DNA from: a virus
Lineage: Duplodnaviria; Caudoviricetes
Virus record (IMG/VR): IMGVR_UViG_3300035698_029580
DNA length: 64,000 nucleotides
Strand: one strand, 5' to 3'
The notes under the pieces are model-generated. The model ran no database searches. It was not told where the DNA came from and saw nothing but the letters and a program-made list of their open reading frames with translations. Positions 1 through 12,100 of this stretch are shown here, piece after piece. The translations under genes were made by a program, and so were the position numbers. How positions within the stretch are numbered: position 1 is the stretch's first letter; each line of letters begins with the position of its first letter.

Positions 1-142
1 ATTTAAAATTGAATTTAAAGATAAAATAAATAATATCAAAGAACCAGTTATACCAAAAACAGATGACAATATTGTTGTTGAGATAAATGAAGAACATAAA
101 GTAAAAAATAGATTTGAATTAATGGATTTATAGGAAATTATT

Positions 143-724
143 ATGGAAGATTTTGAAATAATAGATGAACCATTGGTAACAGAAGATGGTTTTTTGAATG
201 AAGTTGCTTGTAAAAAATTATCCAGTTGGATAGACAATCTTGACCCTCCATATGAACGATTAAAAAATCGTCCAGAATGGTCTATAAAAAGAATAACAAG
301 TAAGAAAGATATTCTTTCTAATTTTGGAAAATGTGCGATTTTCATATCTCCCTATACTATTCCTTCTCATTTAGAAGAGGTAATTTGTTATCTTGATAAA
401 TGTTTGGAAAAAGATGTACCTTGGGATAGAATTGGGAAATTTGTGTTTACTGATTTAAGTTTGTGTGATATAAATAAATTGCTTTATGATATTTTATATG
501 AGAAAAATATATCTTATTTTGATGATTGGAATATTGCTAAAAAAGATTGGAGAAAAGATAAACTTGAAGGATTTTCAGAAGCCATTGACTCTGATGCTGA
601 TTATGACTTTATTGATTTAGACGCATTATTACATAATGTATGCTTAGAAATAAGAAGTGAAAGAAGAAGTAATGATGATTTTGACAAAAGATTTAATGAA
701 AAACATGGAAACGAAACTTTCTGA
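143..724 (+). CDS. hypothetical protein
   Basis: 193-aa ORF with upstream AGGA; no recognised motif. Confidence 0.6.
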   Translation: MEDFEIIDEPLVTEDGFLNEVACKKLSSWIDNLDPPYERLKNRPEWSIKRITSKKDILSNFGKCAIFISPYTIPSHLEEVICYLDKCLEKDVPWDRIGKFVFTDLSLCDINKLLYDILYEKNISYFDDWNIAKKDWRKDKLEGFSEAIDSDADYDFIDLDALLHNVCLEIRSERRSNDDFDKRFNEKHGNETF

Positions 725-1547
725 TTATTTTAATAAAGTAATTTGTGGTGATTGTATTGAATTAATGCAAAAATTGCCAGAAAATTCAATTGATCTCATT
801 GTAACTAGTCCTCCATATAATGTGGGAAAGGATTACTCTAATTATAATGACTCTAGACTCTCTTCAGACTACCACAGTTGGCTCAGGAGAGCATCGAAGG
901 AGATGTATAGGGTAATCAGGCCTAATAGTAATATCTTTATAAATATATGTGATGTAGGCATTTCTAACAGGGATGCTACGGAAAGAGTGGGAGAAAGGGG
1001 TAATTTTCATGTAATTCCCAATCATATTGTTATTATTGATGAAATGATTAAGGAAGGGGCTCAATATCTCCATCCTATATTTTGGAGAAAAGTCAGTAAT
1101 CATACAAGTCAATTTGGTGCTAGTGCTAGATTTTGTGGTACTTATCCTTATCCTGCTAATTGCCACGTTCCTTCTGAAACTGAATATATTCTTCATTTTC
1201 GTAAAAATGGGCTATATGAAAAGGTAGATAAAGAAATAAAAGAAAAAAGTAAGGTTTCTAAAAAAAGATGGATGCAATTATCTAGTCAAATATGGGAATT
1301 TCCAGGTATAACAAAAAGAAAAAATCATCCTGCTGAATTTCCTATTGAACTCCCTTATAGATGTATTGAAGGATGGTCATTTGAGGAAGATATAGTTCTT
1401 GATCCTTTTATGGGAACAGGAAAAACTGCTGTAGCATGTATTTATCTTAATAGAAACTATATAGGATTTGAAATTTCCCCTGAATATTGTGAAATAGCAA
1501 AGAGAAGAATAAATGGAGTTATACCACAAATTAATTGGGAAGCATGA
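705..1547 (+). CDS. site-specific DNA methyltransferase (N4-C/N6-A, beta class)
   Basis: ICGDC start, TSPPYN catalytic motif before DPFMGTG SAM-binding motif, HPAEFP; start moved to ATG 705. Confidence 0.92.
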   Translation: METKLSDYFNKVICGDCIELMQKLPENSIDLIVTSPPYNVGKDYSNYNDSRLSSDYHSWLRRASKEMYRVIRPNSNIFINICDVGISNRDATERVGERGNFHVIPNHIVIIDEMIKEGAQYLHPIFWRKVSNHTSQFGASARFCGTYPYPANCHVPSETEYILHFRKNGLYEKVDKEIKEKSKVSKKRWMQLSSQIWEFPGITKRKNHPAEFPIELPYRCIEGWSFEEDIVLDPFMGTGKTAVACIYLNRNYIGFEISPEYCEIAKRRINGVIPQINWEA

Positions 1548-2208
1548 GGGAGAAACAGCCTTTATAGTTGCTGCTGGTCCTTCTATGTTTGATATTTATA
1601 AAAGTCCCTATTTTTCCAAAATATTTGATCATATAGTCATTTCTGTAAATAGTAGTAATGTTATTATGCCTTGGGAAAAGGGCAGTTCAGAACGACGATA
1701 TTGGGTTTCTAACGATGCTTTATGTCGTAGATGGACATATTGGCCAAGATTAAAAAAATTAAAAGCAATAAAAATAGTTAGAAATAGCTGGAAAAAATAT
1801 TATTCTGAAATACCTGATTTTTTAGTATTTAATCCAAGAAAAACCTCTGAAGATATAGTAGATTTTGAAGAAAAGAATTTATGTTATTGTTCAAGTGTAC
1901 CAACTTCATTAGATTTGGCAATACAAATGGGTTGTAAAAAAGTTTTTTTATTGGGAGTTGATCAATACATGAAAGACGGGAAAACTCATTTTTGGCAATT
2001 TTTACCGGCAAAAACTCAGCCTAGAATTGATCCTAGAGGAATGACTCCGTTTCACAGACAAATGAGTGTTTTCAATATAAATAAAAAGGCTTATAATGCA
2101 TTAGATAAATTTGCTAGATTTAAAAAAGTATCAGTGTATAATTGTAATCCGATAAGCAACATTACAATATTTGAAAAAATAAAATTTGAAGAAAGTTTTA
2201 AAAAATAA
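1513..2208 (+). CDS. DUF115/MptE-like (glycosyltransferase-associated) protein
   Basis: AFIVAAGPS, ISVN, LAIQMGCKKVFLLGVD pattern. Confidence 0.6.
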   Translation: MELYHKLIGKHEGETAFIVAAGPSMFDIYKSPYFSKIFDHIVISVNSSNVIMPWEKGSSERRYWVSNDALCRRWTYWPRLKKLKAIKIVRNSWKKYYSEIPDFLVFNPRKTSEDIVDFEEKNLCYCSSVPTSLDLAIQMGCKKVFLLGVDQYMKDGKTHFWQFLPAKTQPRIDPRGMTPFHRQMSVFNINKKAYNALDKFARFKKVSVYNCNPISNITIFEKIKFEESFKK

Positions 2209-2218
2209 AAAAATAATT

Positions 2219-2458
2219 ATGGAAAATTCTGTTAAACAAGAAATAGAAAAATTAATTGAAAAATTAAAATTAAATTGTTCAATAGAAGAATTTAAAGATA
2301 AGGTTGATTGGCAAAGGATTTCTACACATCAAATCTTATCTGAAGAATTCATTAGAGAATTTAAAGATAAAGTTGATTGGAAAGAAATTTTTCAATATCA
2401 AGAATTATCAGAAGAATTTCGTGAAGAATTTAAAGCATTAGGGGAAGAAGTAGAGTGA
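2219..2458 (+). CDS. Trp-repeat (LSEEFIREFKDKVDW) family protein
   Basis: 24-aa repeat shared with five paralogues in the window. Confidence 0.75.
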   Translation: MENSVKQEIEKLIEKLKLNCSIEEFKDKVDWQRISTHQILSEEFIREFKDKVDWKEIFQYQELSEEFREEFKALGEEVE

Positions 2459-2829
2459 AAGACTCAGTTAAACAAGAAATAGAACAGTTAATTGAACAAG
2501 AACAATTAAATTGTATTATAGAAGAATTTCCTAATAAAATTGATTGGAATAGTATCTCTGGACATCAAAAATTATCAGAAGATTTTATCAGAGAATTTAA
2601 AGATTGTGTTTGGTGGATACAGATTTCTAGAAATCAAAAATTATCAGAAAAATTTATAAGAGAATTTAAAGATAAAGTTGATTGGAATTATATTTCTCAA
2701 TTTCAAAAATTATCCGAAGATTTTATAAGAGAATTTAAAGACAAAGTTCATTGGCCTACAATTTCTCGATATCAAACATTATCCGAAGAATTTTATGAAG
2801 AATTTAAATATAGATGCATGGAATTATGA
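2455..2829 (+). CDS. Trp-repeat family protein
   Basis: four W..IS..Q.LSE.F..EFK repeats. Confidence 0.8.
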   Translation: MKDSVKQEIEQLIEQEQLNCIIEEFPNKIDWNSISGHQKLSEDFIREFKDCVWWIQISRNQKLSEKFIREFKDKVDWNYISQFQKLSEDFIREFKDKVHWPTISRYQTLSEEFYEEFKYRCMEL

Positions 2830-3128
2830 AAACAAAAGTTGTTAATATAAAAGGATTTGGAGAATGTCTGCCAAAAAATTTAATCAAAATTTGTCGTCCT
2901 TCTATATTCGGTAATCCATTTCATATCGGTAAAGATGGTACAAGAAAAGAAGTTATTGAAAAATTTAGAATATATTTTTACGATAGAATTAAAAATGATA
3001 AACATTTCAAATTAGAAGTTGACAAACTAAAAGGTCATTTGTTAGGATGCTGTTGTAAACCATTACCTTGCCATGGTGATATTTTAGTTGAATATTTAGA
3101 AAAAGAACATGAAAATTCCGACAATTAA
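2826..3128 (+). CDS. DUF4326-family protein
   Basis: RPSIFGNPF...GTRKEVI...LGCCCKPLPCHGDIL signature. Confidence 0.85.
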   Translation: MKTKVVNIKGFGECLPKNLIKICRPSIFGNPFHIGKDGTRKEVIEKFRIYFYDRIKNDKHFKLEVDKLKGHLLGCCCKPLPCHGDILVEYLEKEHENSDN

Positions 3129-3395
3129 ATCTATTATAAAATATTTTTGTCTGGTTTTTAATTATTATAGAATTCCTAAAGGAGTTTATTGTTATTCTCT
3201 TATAAAAAATAATTCTGATAGTTTTAAACATAAAATAAAGTTATGTCCATATTGGAGTAAAGATACCAGTAAAGATGAACAAGAATGTGGCTATTGTAAA
3301 TGGTTAGAATTAGGAGATTGGGAATGTGAATGTTTGAGTTTGTTGTGGGACCAATGCAAAGAATGTCATTTTAGATTAAATTTTAAGGAAGAAAA

Positions 3396-4934
3396 ATGAA
3401 TAATGGTAATTTTCCGAGAAATATTCCTGTCCAGATTGTCGATACTGTTCGTAATAATGATTTTCAGCAAAGTGCAGTTGAGTCTAAAGAAGTAGGAGTT
3501 CAAGCAGTTGAAATTGCTGAAAAAACAGCAATTAATAAATCTAATTATACTTTCGGAAAAGTATCGGAGGGTGTGCCAGTCGAATGTTATAAGGAAAAGG
3601 TTAGAGAAAATGAATTTACTCCCGTTCAAGATGACCATCTTTCGGGAATAAATTTTGGTAATGACATTAAAGTCCTGTGTATTCCAGTAATTGATTATAG
3701 GATTATGTGTTACTTTTTAGGTGCAACATCTGTTAATCAAGTAGAAAGTGTTCCCTATACAAACGTTCCTCTGATAACTCTTCTTTTAATGCAAACATTG
3801 CCTAATTTTATGAAAGAAAAAGGATATACTTATTCTGGTGAACTTAATTTTGACGACCAAGGTAATTTTATACCTTGTTCAAAAACTATATGGCTTGTTC
3901 GTGGAAAAGAAATTTGTTTTACAACTGTTGGTTTCTCGTATTTTAGCAGAGGAGATGACAAAGTTGTTTTCTTCAATTATTTTAATAAAGACAGAGCCGC
4001 AGCAGGTATAACTTGTTACACCAAAAACGGAAAGCATAGTAAACAAATTATTAAAGATTTAGAAGATTATACTTATGGAAGAAATTGTCTTAGAGGCATT
4101 AAAATAAGAGGGGTTAACATATATCGTGCTACCTTTGACGAAGTTATTCCTGATGAAAAATATACTTGGGACAATTACTATTATGATGATGATATTATTA
4201 ATCTTTTCGATCTTGAAGTTTTTGGTTTTCTGAAAAATTTGAAAGAATATAATGCTGTTGGAATACATAAAAGAGGGATCATAGCCTGGGGGACCCCGGG
4301 ATCTGGTAAGACCACGTTAGGACATATAATTTGTAATTTAGCAAAAGATTATACTGTGATGTGGATTACTCCTGATATGATAGGAATGGATTCTTCTCAA
4401 GGTGATTCTCTTATGGTTCTTTATAAATTGGCTGAATTTGTGGCTCCTTCAATAGTAATTTTAGAAGATTTAGACTTATATGGGGAAGATAGGTCTAGTA
4501 GTCATAATAATAGTAAATTAGGAGCACTGATGAACATAATGGACGGAGTTCATAGTGTAAAAGACTCTATTACCATTGGCACTACAAATAGACTTGGCTC
4601 CATAGAAAAAGCTCTTAGAAATAGACCTGGACGTTTTGATCGTATTGTAGAGATACCATCTTTGAAAGATGATTTGAGAAAAAGAATGATACGAGATAGA
4701 ACATTAGATTATAATATTACTAATTCTGTTATTGATGATATGGTAGAAAAGACGGATGATTGGACAGGAGCAGAAATTCAGGAATTTATCAATACTATAG
4801 GATTGCATTTCCTTAATAAAAAGACTAAAATAAGAAAAATTACAACTGTTGTTGTTGACAAAGTTTTGAGTACGATGAAAAAATTTGGGGTAGGAGAGAA
4901 AAGTGGAATGTTTGGCTTTAATAAAGAAATATAG
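3396..4934 (+). CDS. AAA+ ATPase
   Basis: Walker A GTPGSGKT, Walker B ILEDLD, TTN sensor, RPGRFDR second region of homology. Confidence 0.92.
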   Translation: MNNGNFPRNIPVQIVDTVRNNDFQQSAVESKEVGVQAVEIAEKTAINKSNYTFGKVSEGVPVECYKEKVRENEFTPVQDDHLSGINFGNDIKVLCIPVIDYRIMCYFLGATSVNQVESVPYTNVPLITLLLMQTLPNFMKEKGYTYSGELNFDDQGNFIPCSKTIWLVRGKEICFTTVGFSYFSRGDDKVVFFNYFNKDRAAAGITCYTKNGKHSKQIIKDLEDYTYGRNCLRGIKIRGVNIYRATFDEVIPDEKYTWDNYYYDDDIINLFDLEVFGFLKNLKEYNAVGIHKRGIIAWGTPGSGKTTLGHIICNLAKDYTVMWITPDMIGMDSSQGDSLMVLYKLAEFVAPSIVILEDLDLYGEDRSSSHNNSKLGALMNIMDGVHSVKDSITIGTTNRLGSIEKALRNRPGRFDRIVEIPSLKDDLRKRMIRDRTLDYNITNSVIDDMVEKTDDWTGAEIQEFINTIGLHFLNKKTKIRKITTVVVDKVLSTMKKFGVGEKSGMFGFNKEI

Positions 4935-4943
4935 GAGAGAATT

Positions 4944-5383
4944 ATGGATATTAAAAACCGGATGCTTATTTGGTTACATTTTAAATCAAAATTTTCAAAA
5001 CTTCCTGTAAATAAAAAAAGAACATTAATACAAAAAGTCTTGACAGACTCCTCAATGAAGGAGATACTAGAACCAATAAACACATACATTCCACCAGAAG
5101 ATTGTGTTATTGAAAAAACGGAAAATACTCCTTTTATAATTAAAATGAAAAATAAAAATAAAAAATTATTAGTGACAGAAGAAAAAGAAGTAGTATTTAA
5201 TAGATGGGGCAGATCAAATCTACATGAAGCTGTCTTAATAAATGATGTTAATTTAGTGGAAAATCTTTTGAAAAATGATGTAATGTATATCTGACAGATA
5301 ATAACGGTCAAACTCCTTTGGAACTAGCATCACTAGAAGAAAAAAAAGAAATAGTGAATTTGTTAGAATCTCATTATTTATGA
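4944..5383 (+). pseudogene. ankyrin-repeat protein with 1-nt frameshift near 5282
   Basis: GRSNLHEAV...LVENLL is continued in another frame by LTDNNGQTPLELASLEEKKEIVNLL to TGA 5383. Confidence 0.7.
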
Positions 5384-5815
5384 ATTTTCCAGCGTTATAA
5401 TAATTGGACTATTTAGAACATGTGTGGTATAGTGAAATTTATTTGGTACCTTATTTAGGTCAGAATGGAGAACAAAGATGAAAGTAGAAACAGCCGAAAA
5501 GACAGTTGATGTTAAGTTTTATCGTAGGAGAAATCTGAAAAAAAATAGGGAAGTATATGATACCAGTTGTGTTATCAGTGATATACTTCCAGGTAGGACA
5601 GGAGCAGATAAATATCGTCCTATTGCTGAAGGAATAACCCATCAGAACCCTAAGGATACCAATGATAAAAGGATTGGTCGTAAAATTGCTCTTACAAGGG
5701 TATTAGAAACAACTACTTTTGATAAAATTTCTCGCATATTTGATAAAAAGTTTCGAACAGTAGTGTGGGAAACTTATAAGAAAAATTGTAAGTTGTGAGA
5801 GATATAGTTAATAAA

Positions 5816-5848
5816 GACACCATTTTGCTGACGTCAACAATATGGTAT
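5816..5848. repeat. 33-bp palindrome, copy A
   Basis: GACACCATTTTGCTGACGTCAACAATATGGTAT; 30/33 match to the reverse complement of copy B. Confidence 0.8.
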
Positions 5849-6394
5849 TGAGATAAACAAAAATGTAGGCTAAAAATTATGTCTGTAGAAACTTGGATAA
5901 ATGAATTTTATCCTAAAAAGCCTAATACCAGGAGTCTCCTGATATTAGCAAAACGTTGTTTAAAAAAATGGGAAGGAATAAAAAAATTAAATCTAAAAAA
6001 ACATAAGATATATATTATAGGATTTGAATTATATTTTGAACATAAAAATAAAGATATGGAGCGTTTTGAATTAAATGGAAATAATTGTCCTTTTTGCAAA
6101 ATGGCTGAAGAAAAAATAGAAGAAATTATACAAAAAGATGAAAAAGCAAACATACCAGAATTACGTAAAAATATCTGTAATTATTGTCATATAAAGAAAG
6201 CCATTGGAAGAGGATGTGATACTTCAGTAAATGATTCTTTTTCTCCTTGGGCATCATTTTTTAATGATCATGATCCATTACCTATGATCGATTTAATAAA
6301 TGAATATATAAAGATTTTGAAAAATCCAAAGTTTGAGGTTTTGAAATAATATAATTTTTTTATGATAATGTAATAATAAATTGAAAAGAGTATT

Positions 6395-7525
6395 ATGGAA
6401 AATATTACAGATCTATTAACATCGGTTAGTCAAGTCCATCCGGGAAGAACTTTAGATTTTGACTATATTTATGATGGGTTGCAAAAGGAGGAGGAGAATG
6501 GTTATGTCTCTTCAAATTCTCATCCTAAATATCCTCTGAAAATATATAAGTACACTTCCTCTACCTCTGGAGAAAAAAGGTGGAATATCTTCACTCTTAT
6601 CTCCAGAGGTATTGTTTTAGATGTGCAAAATAAAAAAGTAGTAGCTACTCCTTTCCCTAAATTTTTTAATTTGCAAGAAATGCCCGTTCCCAAAACATGC
6701 ATAACTTTTATGGCCACAGAGAAAATAGACGGGTCATTGGGAATTGCATTTAATTATTCAGGAGAATGGATAATTACAACTGCAGGAGCTTTTGAGACTC
6801 CTCAAGGAATATGGGCAACAACTTATCTAAATAGAATTAATCATAATTTAAATCCTAATAATACTTATTTGTTCGAGATAGTTTATTCTGAGAATAAGAT
6901 AATTGTTAAATATGATCATGAAGGACTTTATATTTTATCAGCATATAACAAAAATGGAAAAGAAGCAAAATTATATGAAATAGAAAAAATATCTTTAGAA
7001 AATAATTTTTTCCTTCCTAAAATATTTTATTTTAATAGTATTTCTGATGCTGTGAAAAATGCTAAAGGACTGCCTGTTAATGAAGAAGGATATGTAATTC
7101 GATATTCCAACGGTGTTAGGGTTAAAATAAAAGGAGAACAATATGTTAGTATGCATAATCTTATTTCCAGAATTACTCCCTTAGGTATCTGGAAAATGAT
7201 ATATACTGGAACAGATATGGGTGAAGTGAGAAAAGAAATACCAGAAGAAATAAAAGATGAATTTGATCATATTAATGAAATTCTTGTTTCTAATTATAAC
7301 TATATGTTGATGGAACTGGAAAATCTCTTTCAAGAAACAGTAAGTTTGTCTAATAAAGAACTTGCTTTTTATATGAGAGACAATAAACTTCATCCTGTTA
7401 ATAAATTATTATTCCATTATAGAAAAATTGGTCATAATTTACCCCTATATGGTACAAAAGTTGACAAAGAAATACTTAAGATGATAAAACCCATTAATAA
7501 TTATCTGGAAAGGTTATACATCTAG
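6395..7525 (+). CDS. T4 Rnl1 (RnlA)-like RNA ligase
   Basis: SRGIV, PFPKFFN, motif I EKIDGS, FEIV, EEGYV, VKIK nucleotidyltransferase motifs. Confidence 0.9.
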   Translation: MENITDLLTSVSQVHPGRTLDFDYIYDGLQKEEENGYVSSNSHPKYPLKIYKYTSSTSGEKRWNIFTLISRGIVLDVQNKKVVATPFPKFFNLQEMPVPKTCITFMATEKIDGSLGIAFNYSGEWIITTAGAFETPQGIWATTYLNRINHNLNPNNTYLFEIVYSENKIIVKYDHEGLYILSAYNKNGKEAKLYEIEKISLENNFFLPKIFYFNSISDAVKNAKGLPVNEEGYVIRYSNGVRVKIKGEQYVSMHNLISRITPLGIWKMIYTGTDMGEVRKEIPEEIKDEFDHINEILVSNYNYMLMELENLFQETVSLSNKELAFYMRDNKLHPVNKLLFHYRKIGHNLPLYGTKVDKEILKMIKPINNYLERLYI

Positions 7526-7871
7526 ATTTAGGAGGAATGCACTTTGTCTCATTTAATTTTAGTACCACTAGACAAAAATAATATGGATATGGCTGGTCAT
7601 ATATTTCCTCTAAATGGATATATATTAGCTAAGGAATTCAGTCTGGATCACGATATTTCAAATGGTTTTTTTGGTTCTTTTCTTGGAAAAACTCCTATAA
7701 AAAGTTTAAAGGATATAGATAATGGAAAATGGACAGTAATAAAAATTGATGACTCTGAAAATTATATAAATATAAGTATTGTTGATAACTGGGTAAAATT
7801 TTCCAAAGGTAAGATTGTGCTTATGGATAATTTACAAACTTGTCTGGACTTTATAGAAGAAGAAAGAATTT

Positions 7872-8519
7872 ATGAAAATTGTATTTGTCAGTGATTTGCA
7901 TGGGAATTTGATAGGTAATATTCCACCTTGTGACATTCTTTGTATTTGTGGGGATTTAAGTAAACATTTTTACCATATAGGAGAAACATCTAATTGGTTT
8001 AATTTGAAAGTTAAAAAATGGCTTAACAATATTCCAGCAGAAGAAGTTTGTATTATAGCTGGTAATCATGATGAAATATTTTATAATAAAAATTTGCTTG
8101 ATACAGATTTTAGATGGCATTATTTAGAAGATAGTAGTATAGAAATTAATGGACTAAAAATCTATGGTACTCCATGGACATCAATATTTTTAAATTGGTT
8201 TTTTATGAAGTCAGAAGACAATTTAAAACAGGTTTTTGATGCTATCCCCGAAGATACAGACATTCTAATGACTCATGGTCCTCCCTTGGGAATACTAGAT
8301 CAACCAATAGGAAGAAATTTAAAACATATAGGTTCCCTGGGTTTAAAAGAAACTATATTACGAAAAAATATTCCTCATACTGCCTTTGGGCATATACATG
8401 GTAGCGGTGGTAGGACTCTTGAAATCTTAAATGATGAAAAATATTTAAATTTTTATAATTGTTCCATATTGAATGAAAGATATAAAATAGTGAATAAACC
8501 AATTGTAAAGGAATTATGA
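7872..8519 (+). CDS. calcineurin-like metallophosphoesterase
   Basis: SDLHG, CGD, AGNHD, THGPP, FGHIH motifs. Confidence 0.92.
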   Translation: MKIVFVSDLHGNLIGNIPPCDILCICGDLSKHFYHIGETSNWFNLKVKKWLNNIPAEEVCIIAGNHDEIFYNKNLLDTDFRWHYLEDSSIEINGLKIYGTPWTSIFLNWFFMKSEDNLKQVFDAIPEDTDILMTHGPPLGILDQPIGRNLKHIGSLGLKETILRKNIPHTAFGHIHGSGGRTLEILNDEKYLNFYNCSILNERYKIVNKPIVKEL

Positions 8520-9127
8520 TGAACAACACTCCTCTTACAGATGAACAATCAATGCTTGTCGAAAAAAATATAGGTCTTATTTATAAGTATGTAAAAATAA
8601 AAATTCCAAATTGTTTAATGTCTAACTCAAATAGAATAGATGATATTATGAGTGATTTAAGATTGGCATTATGTAAATCTGTTAAAGGTTTCGATCCTTC
8701 TAAAGGATATAAATTTACCACTTATGCTTTTACGTCTTTTAGGAATGCTCATTGTGATTATATGAGAAAATTAACTAATAGGGAAAAAAAATTACCTATA
8801 ACAGATATTGATGATAAAATTATTATTGGGGAAAAAGGATTAGTAAATAGAATAGATTGGCTAAGGGTTACACATGTTATAAAACAGTTAGATATATCTG
8901 AGAGAAACAAAAACATAACAATACATTACTTGACAAATGAGTTTTCTCTCACCTCCACTGGTAAAAAATACAACTTAAGCAAAGAAAGAGTAAGGCAAAT
9001 TTCCAATAAAGTAATGGGTAAGTTCAAAGAATTTATGTTATTTAATGGACTTTTGTTAGAAGATTTATGTGCTCATACAAATATTTTTTGGGACGAATTA
9101 AAAGAAATAGAAAAGCAATTATCATAA
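8516..9127 (+). CDS. sigma-70 family RNA polymerase sigma factor
   Basis: LVEKNIGL, FDPSKGYKFTTYA (region 2), LSKERVRQI (region 4). Confidence 0.88.
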   Translation: MMNNTPLTDEQSMLVEKNIGLIYKYVKIKIPNCLMSNSNRIDDIMSDLRLALCKSVKGFDPSKGYKFTTYAFTSFRNAHCDYMRKLTNREKKLPITDIDDKIIIGEKGLVNRIDWLRVTHVIKQLDISERNKNITIHYLTNEFSLTSTGKKYNLSKERVRQISNKVMGKFKEFMLFNGLLLEDLCAHTNIFWDELKEIEKQLS

Positions 9128-9145
9128 TAGTTTTAGGAGATAGAT

Positions 9146-12100
9146 ATGCCAGATAACGATGAAAATTTTAATAAAATGATACAGAATTTAGACCAAGCTT
9201 CTGCAGAAATGAGAGATGGGTTTGTCCCCTTTTTAAAATCTTTCTACGATGCATGTCTAGAAAATGGTTTTGACAAGGAGCAGAGTTTTTCTTTAACCGA
9301 AAAATATTTAGAACTAATTTTATTCCCTCCAAAATAAAAAAATAATAGTGTCTGTGTGGAAATCAAATACTGAAAAATTTAAAGGATCAAATTCAATTAC
9401 TATTATACAAAAGGAAACTGTAAATGGAAATTAATGAGTGGAAATTTAAAAAATGTGTTGATCCAATAGTAGATACTGATGGATTTTGGTATATGATAAA
9501 TAATGGATACATAGACCCAGAAAAACTTTTAGCAGATGAAGACCAAATAAGAGCAATAGAGGACGCACTGGAAACTTTAGTATCTTTTGAAGAGTCATTA
9601 GAAGAAGAAAATATTTTAGAAGAATATTAAAAATGATTATTTTAATTGTAGAAGAACGTTTTTTCCCTAAAGACACAAATCTTAATTTTATTGATACTGT
9701 CTGTAAAGATACTACATTAATTTCTAGATCTATCTGTGGTCGTGATTTCCGAATATATAGAGACAAAAATGGATGGTACACACATGATGACATATATTTA
9801 AAAATATATACTCTTTCCAAAAAAGATTTAGACTCTTTTGAAGAAGAAGATTTTGATAATTTGAAAGATGAAATTGATTGTGATAACGATACATATATAA
9901 ATGACTTCAAAGATTTAGAGGCAGGAGAATATGAGATACAGCTAAAACAGGAAAATAATAAAGATTATGAAAGCGGGGTAGATGAGTTCAACCTTATTAT
10001 TGAGAATATTGTTAAGTTAAATTAATATTATGATTAAGGAGAAACAAAATGAGTGAAAAAGTTAGTGTAGGTGGTGGACTGGGTATACTTGAGGTACTTA
10101 CAGTTGTATTTATTGTATTGAAACTTGTTGAAGTAATAAATTGGTCTTGGTGGTGGGTGTTAGCTCCATTTTGGATGCCATTAGGTGTTGTATTTGTTAT
10201 ACTATTTTTTGTTTTGCTATTAACTAAAATATAAAGTGAAAAATGATTATACTAACAGTAGAAGTGAAAAAATACAAAGATGGAACAGACTTAAATCAAG
10301 TCTTGAATGATTGTAAAAAAGCTGATTTAGTTCAAACTGATTTTTCTGGTTACGATAGAAATTTCTATAAAGGACAAAAAAATTGGTTTATTTGTGATGG
10401 ATTTTCTATTGTTCTATTTATCTTCAAAAAAACAACTTCTTCAAAAAAAGATATTGTTGATTTGAATTTTTTGTTAAATATCGTTAGGTCTAATCCTTAT
10501 GCTGCTATAGTAGCTCTTGAAGATTTATCTGAAGGAAAATATGTTTACAAATACAACAAAGAACGACATGACGAAATAAAACAAAATTATGGAAATTCTG
10601 TAAAAGTCACAATTCTTGGGGATGATTTTGAAGAAATAATAATGAGGGATTATGATGAATGATTATAAAAAAGCTAAAGAACTTGGATTGACAAATAAAA
10701 AGAGATGGGAAAAAGGAATTGATCATCATTCTATGTCTGAAAAATTGATGAGATTTATAGCAGAACATGATTTTAATGATTATCAAGATTCTTTTCAATG
10801 GAATGTTGGTGGGGATGGAGATAATGGGGAAACTTTAATGTATCAAATGGATGCATTTTTTGAATTATTAGATTTGGAAAAATAGATGAAATTATAGAGG
10901 CAGTAGATTATGACTGATAAAGAACGAGTTCTGATGAATATTGCAGTTCATACTTCTGGTTCATGTTTTGATAACATGGAAACTATAGAAGGAGGTTGGC
11001 ATTTAAGGTTTATTTTTGATAGACCATCTCCACAATTTGTTCCTATTGAACTAGCGAAAATAATAGGAATGCCACTTCTACCAGGAGATATCGTTAAATG
11101 TGAAACTAATCCACATCATAAATGGGGTATTGCTGAATTTGTAGAATCAAATGGAGATTATAATTTTCTTTTAAAAGAAATTGGTGGAAATAAACTCTGT
11201 AACATGGGAAATGAAAGTTTTAATGTATTACGATTTATTAATCCATCTTTTCTTTATACTGGAAAGAAATATCAAGTTTATAAATGGGCATCTGAAAAAG
11301 CATTTTCAAAAAGATATAATTCTCATGCAGATCGTTATAAAAGGTGTGGGGGTGTTGAATTTGAAGAAGACAATTTAATTATTTGGTGTCGTGCTCATAT
11401 TTTTATAATGGATAAAGAATATAGTACAACAAAATTATATGCACAACCCAAAAAATTTGTATTACAATGGAATAACAAAACTAGATTAAAAGATATTATT
11501 AATGCAATGATAAGCCAAGGATTTGATAAGAATTTTGAATATACAGAAGATAAACCATCTGAAGGTCAAGCAGGATATGCTTCTTTTAAAAAAGAGGATG
11601 TTATGAGGATTTTGAGATGAAGAAATATAATCGTATTGGTGAAGCAAAATTTTATTGTAATTTTTGTGCTCGTCAAATAGTTGATTATGCAGCAAATAAT
11701 AAATATTGCGTTGGTCCATTAAAGTGTGCAACTTTAGTTGATTATGATGTTCATTGTTGTCAGTATTGTGATAGAGAAGCTAGAATTGAAGAAGAAGAAT
11801 ATAACTCAAAATTTGAAAGAATGTAAGAATGAATAAAGAAAAAATTGGAATTGGAGATTTAGTTGATATTCATTTCGGCAAATCTCCAGCTATTTTTAAG
11901 GCAGAAGTTTTATATATGCCTTTTTCTACTGGAGATTGTTGGCATTTGAGAACTGAAGACAATCAAATAATTTATGTGCAAAATTTTGAGATTATGTATT
12001 TGTATTTAAAAAAAGATGCAGATAAAAGTGATAATCAATAATTTTTTGCGAAATAAAAAATAAGAGAGAAATTAAAATGATTAAGCAATGGGTGTGTTTA

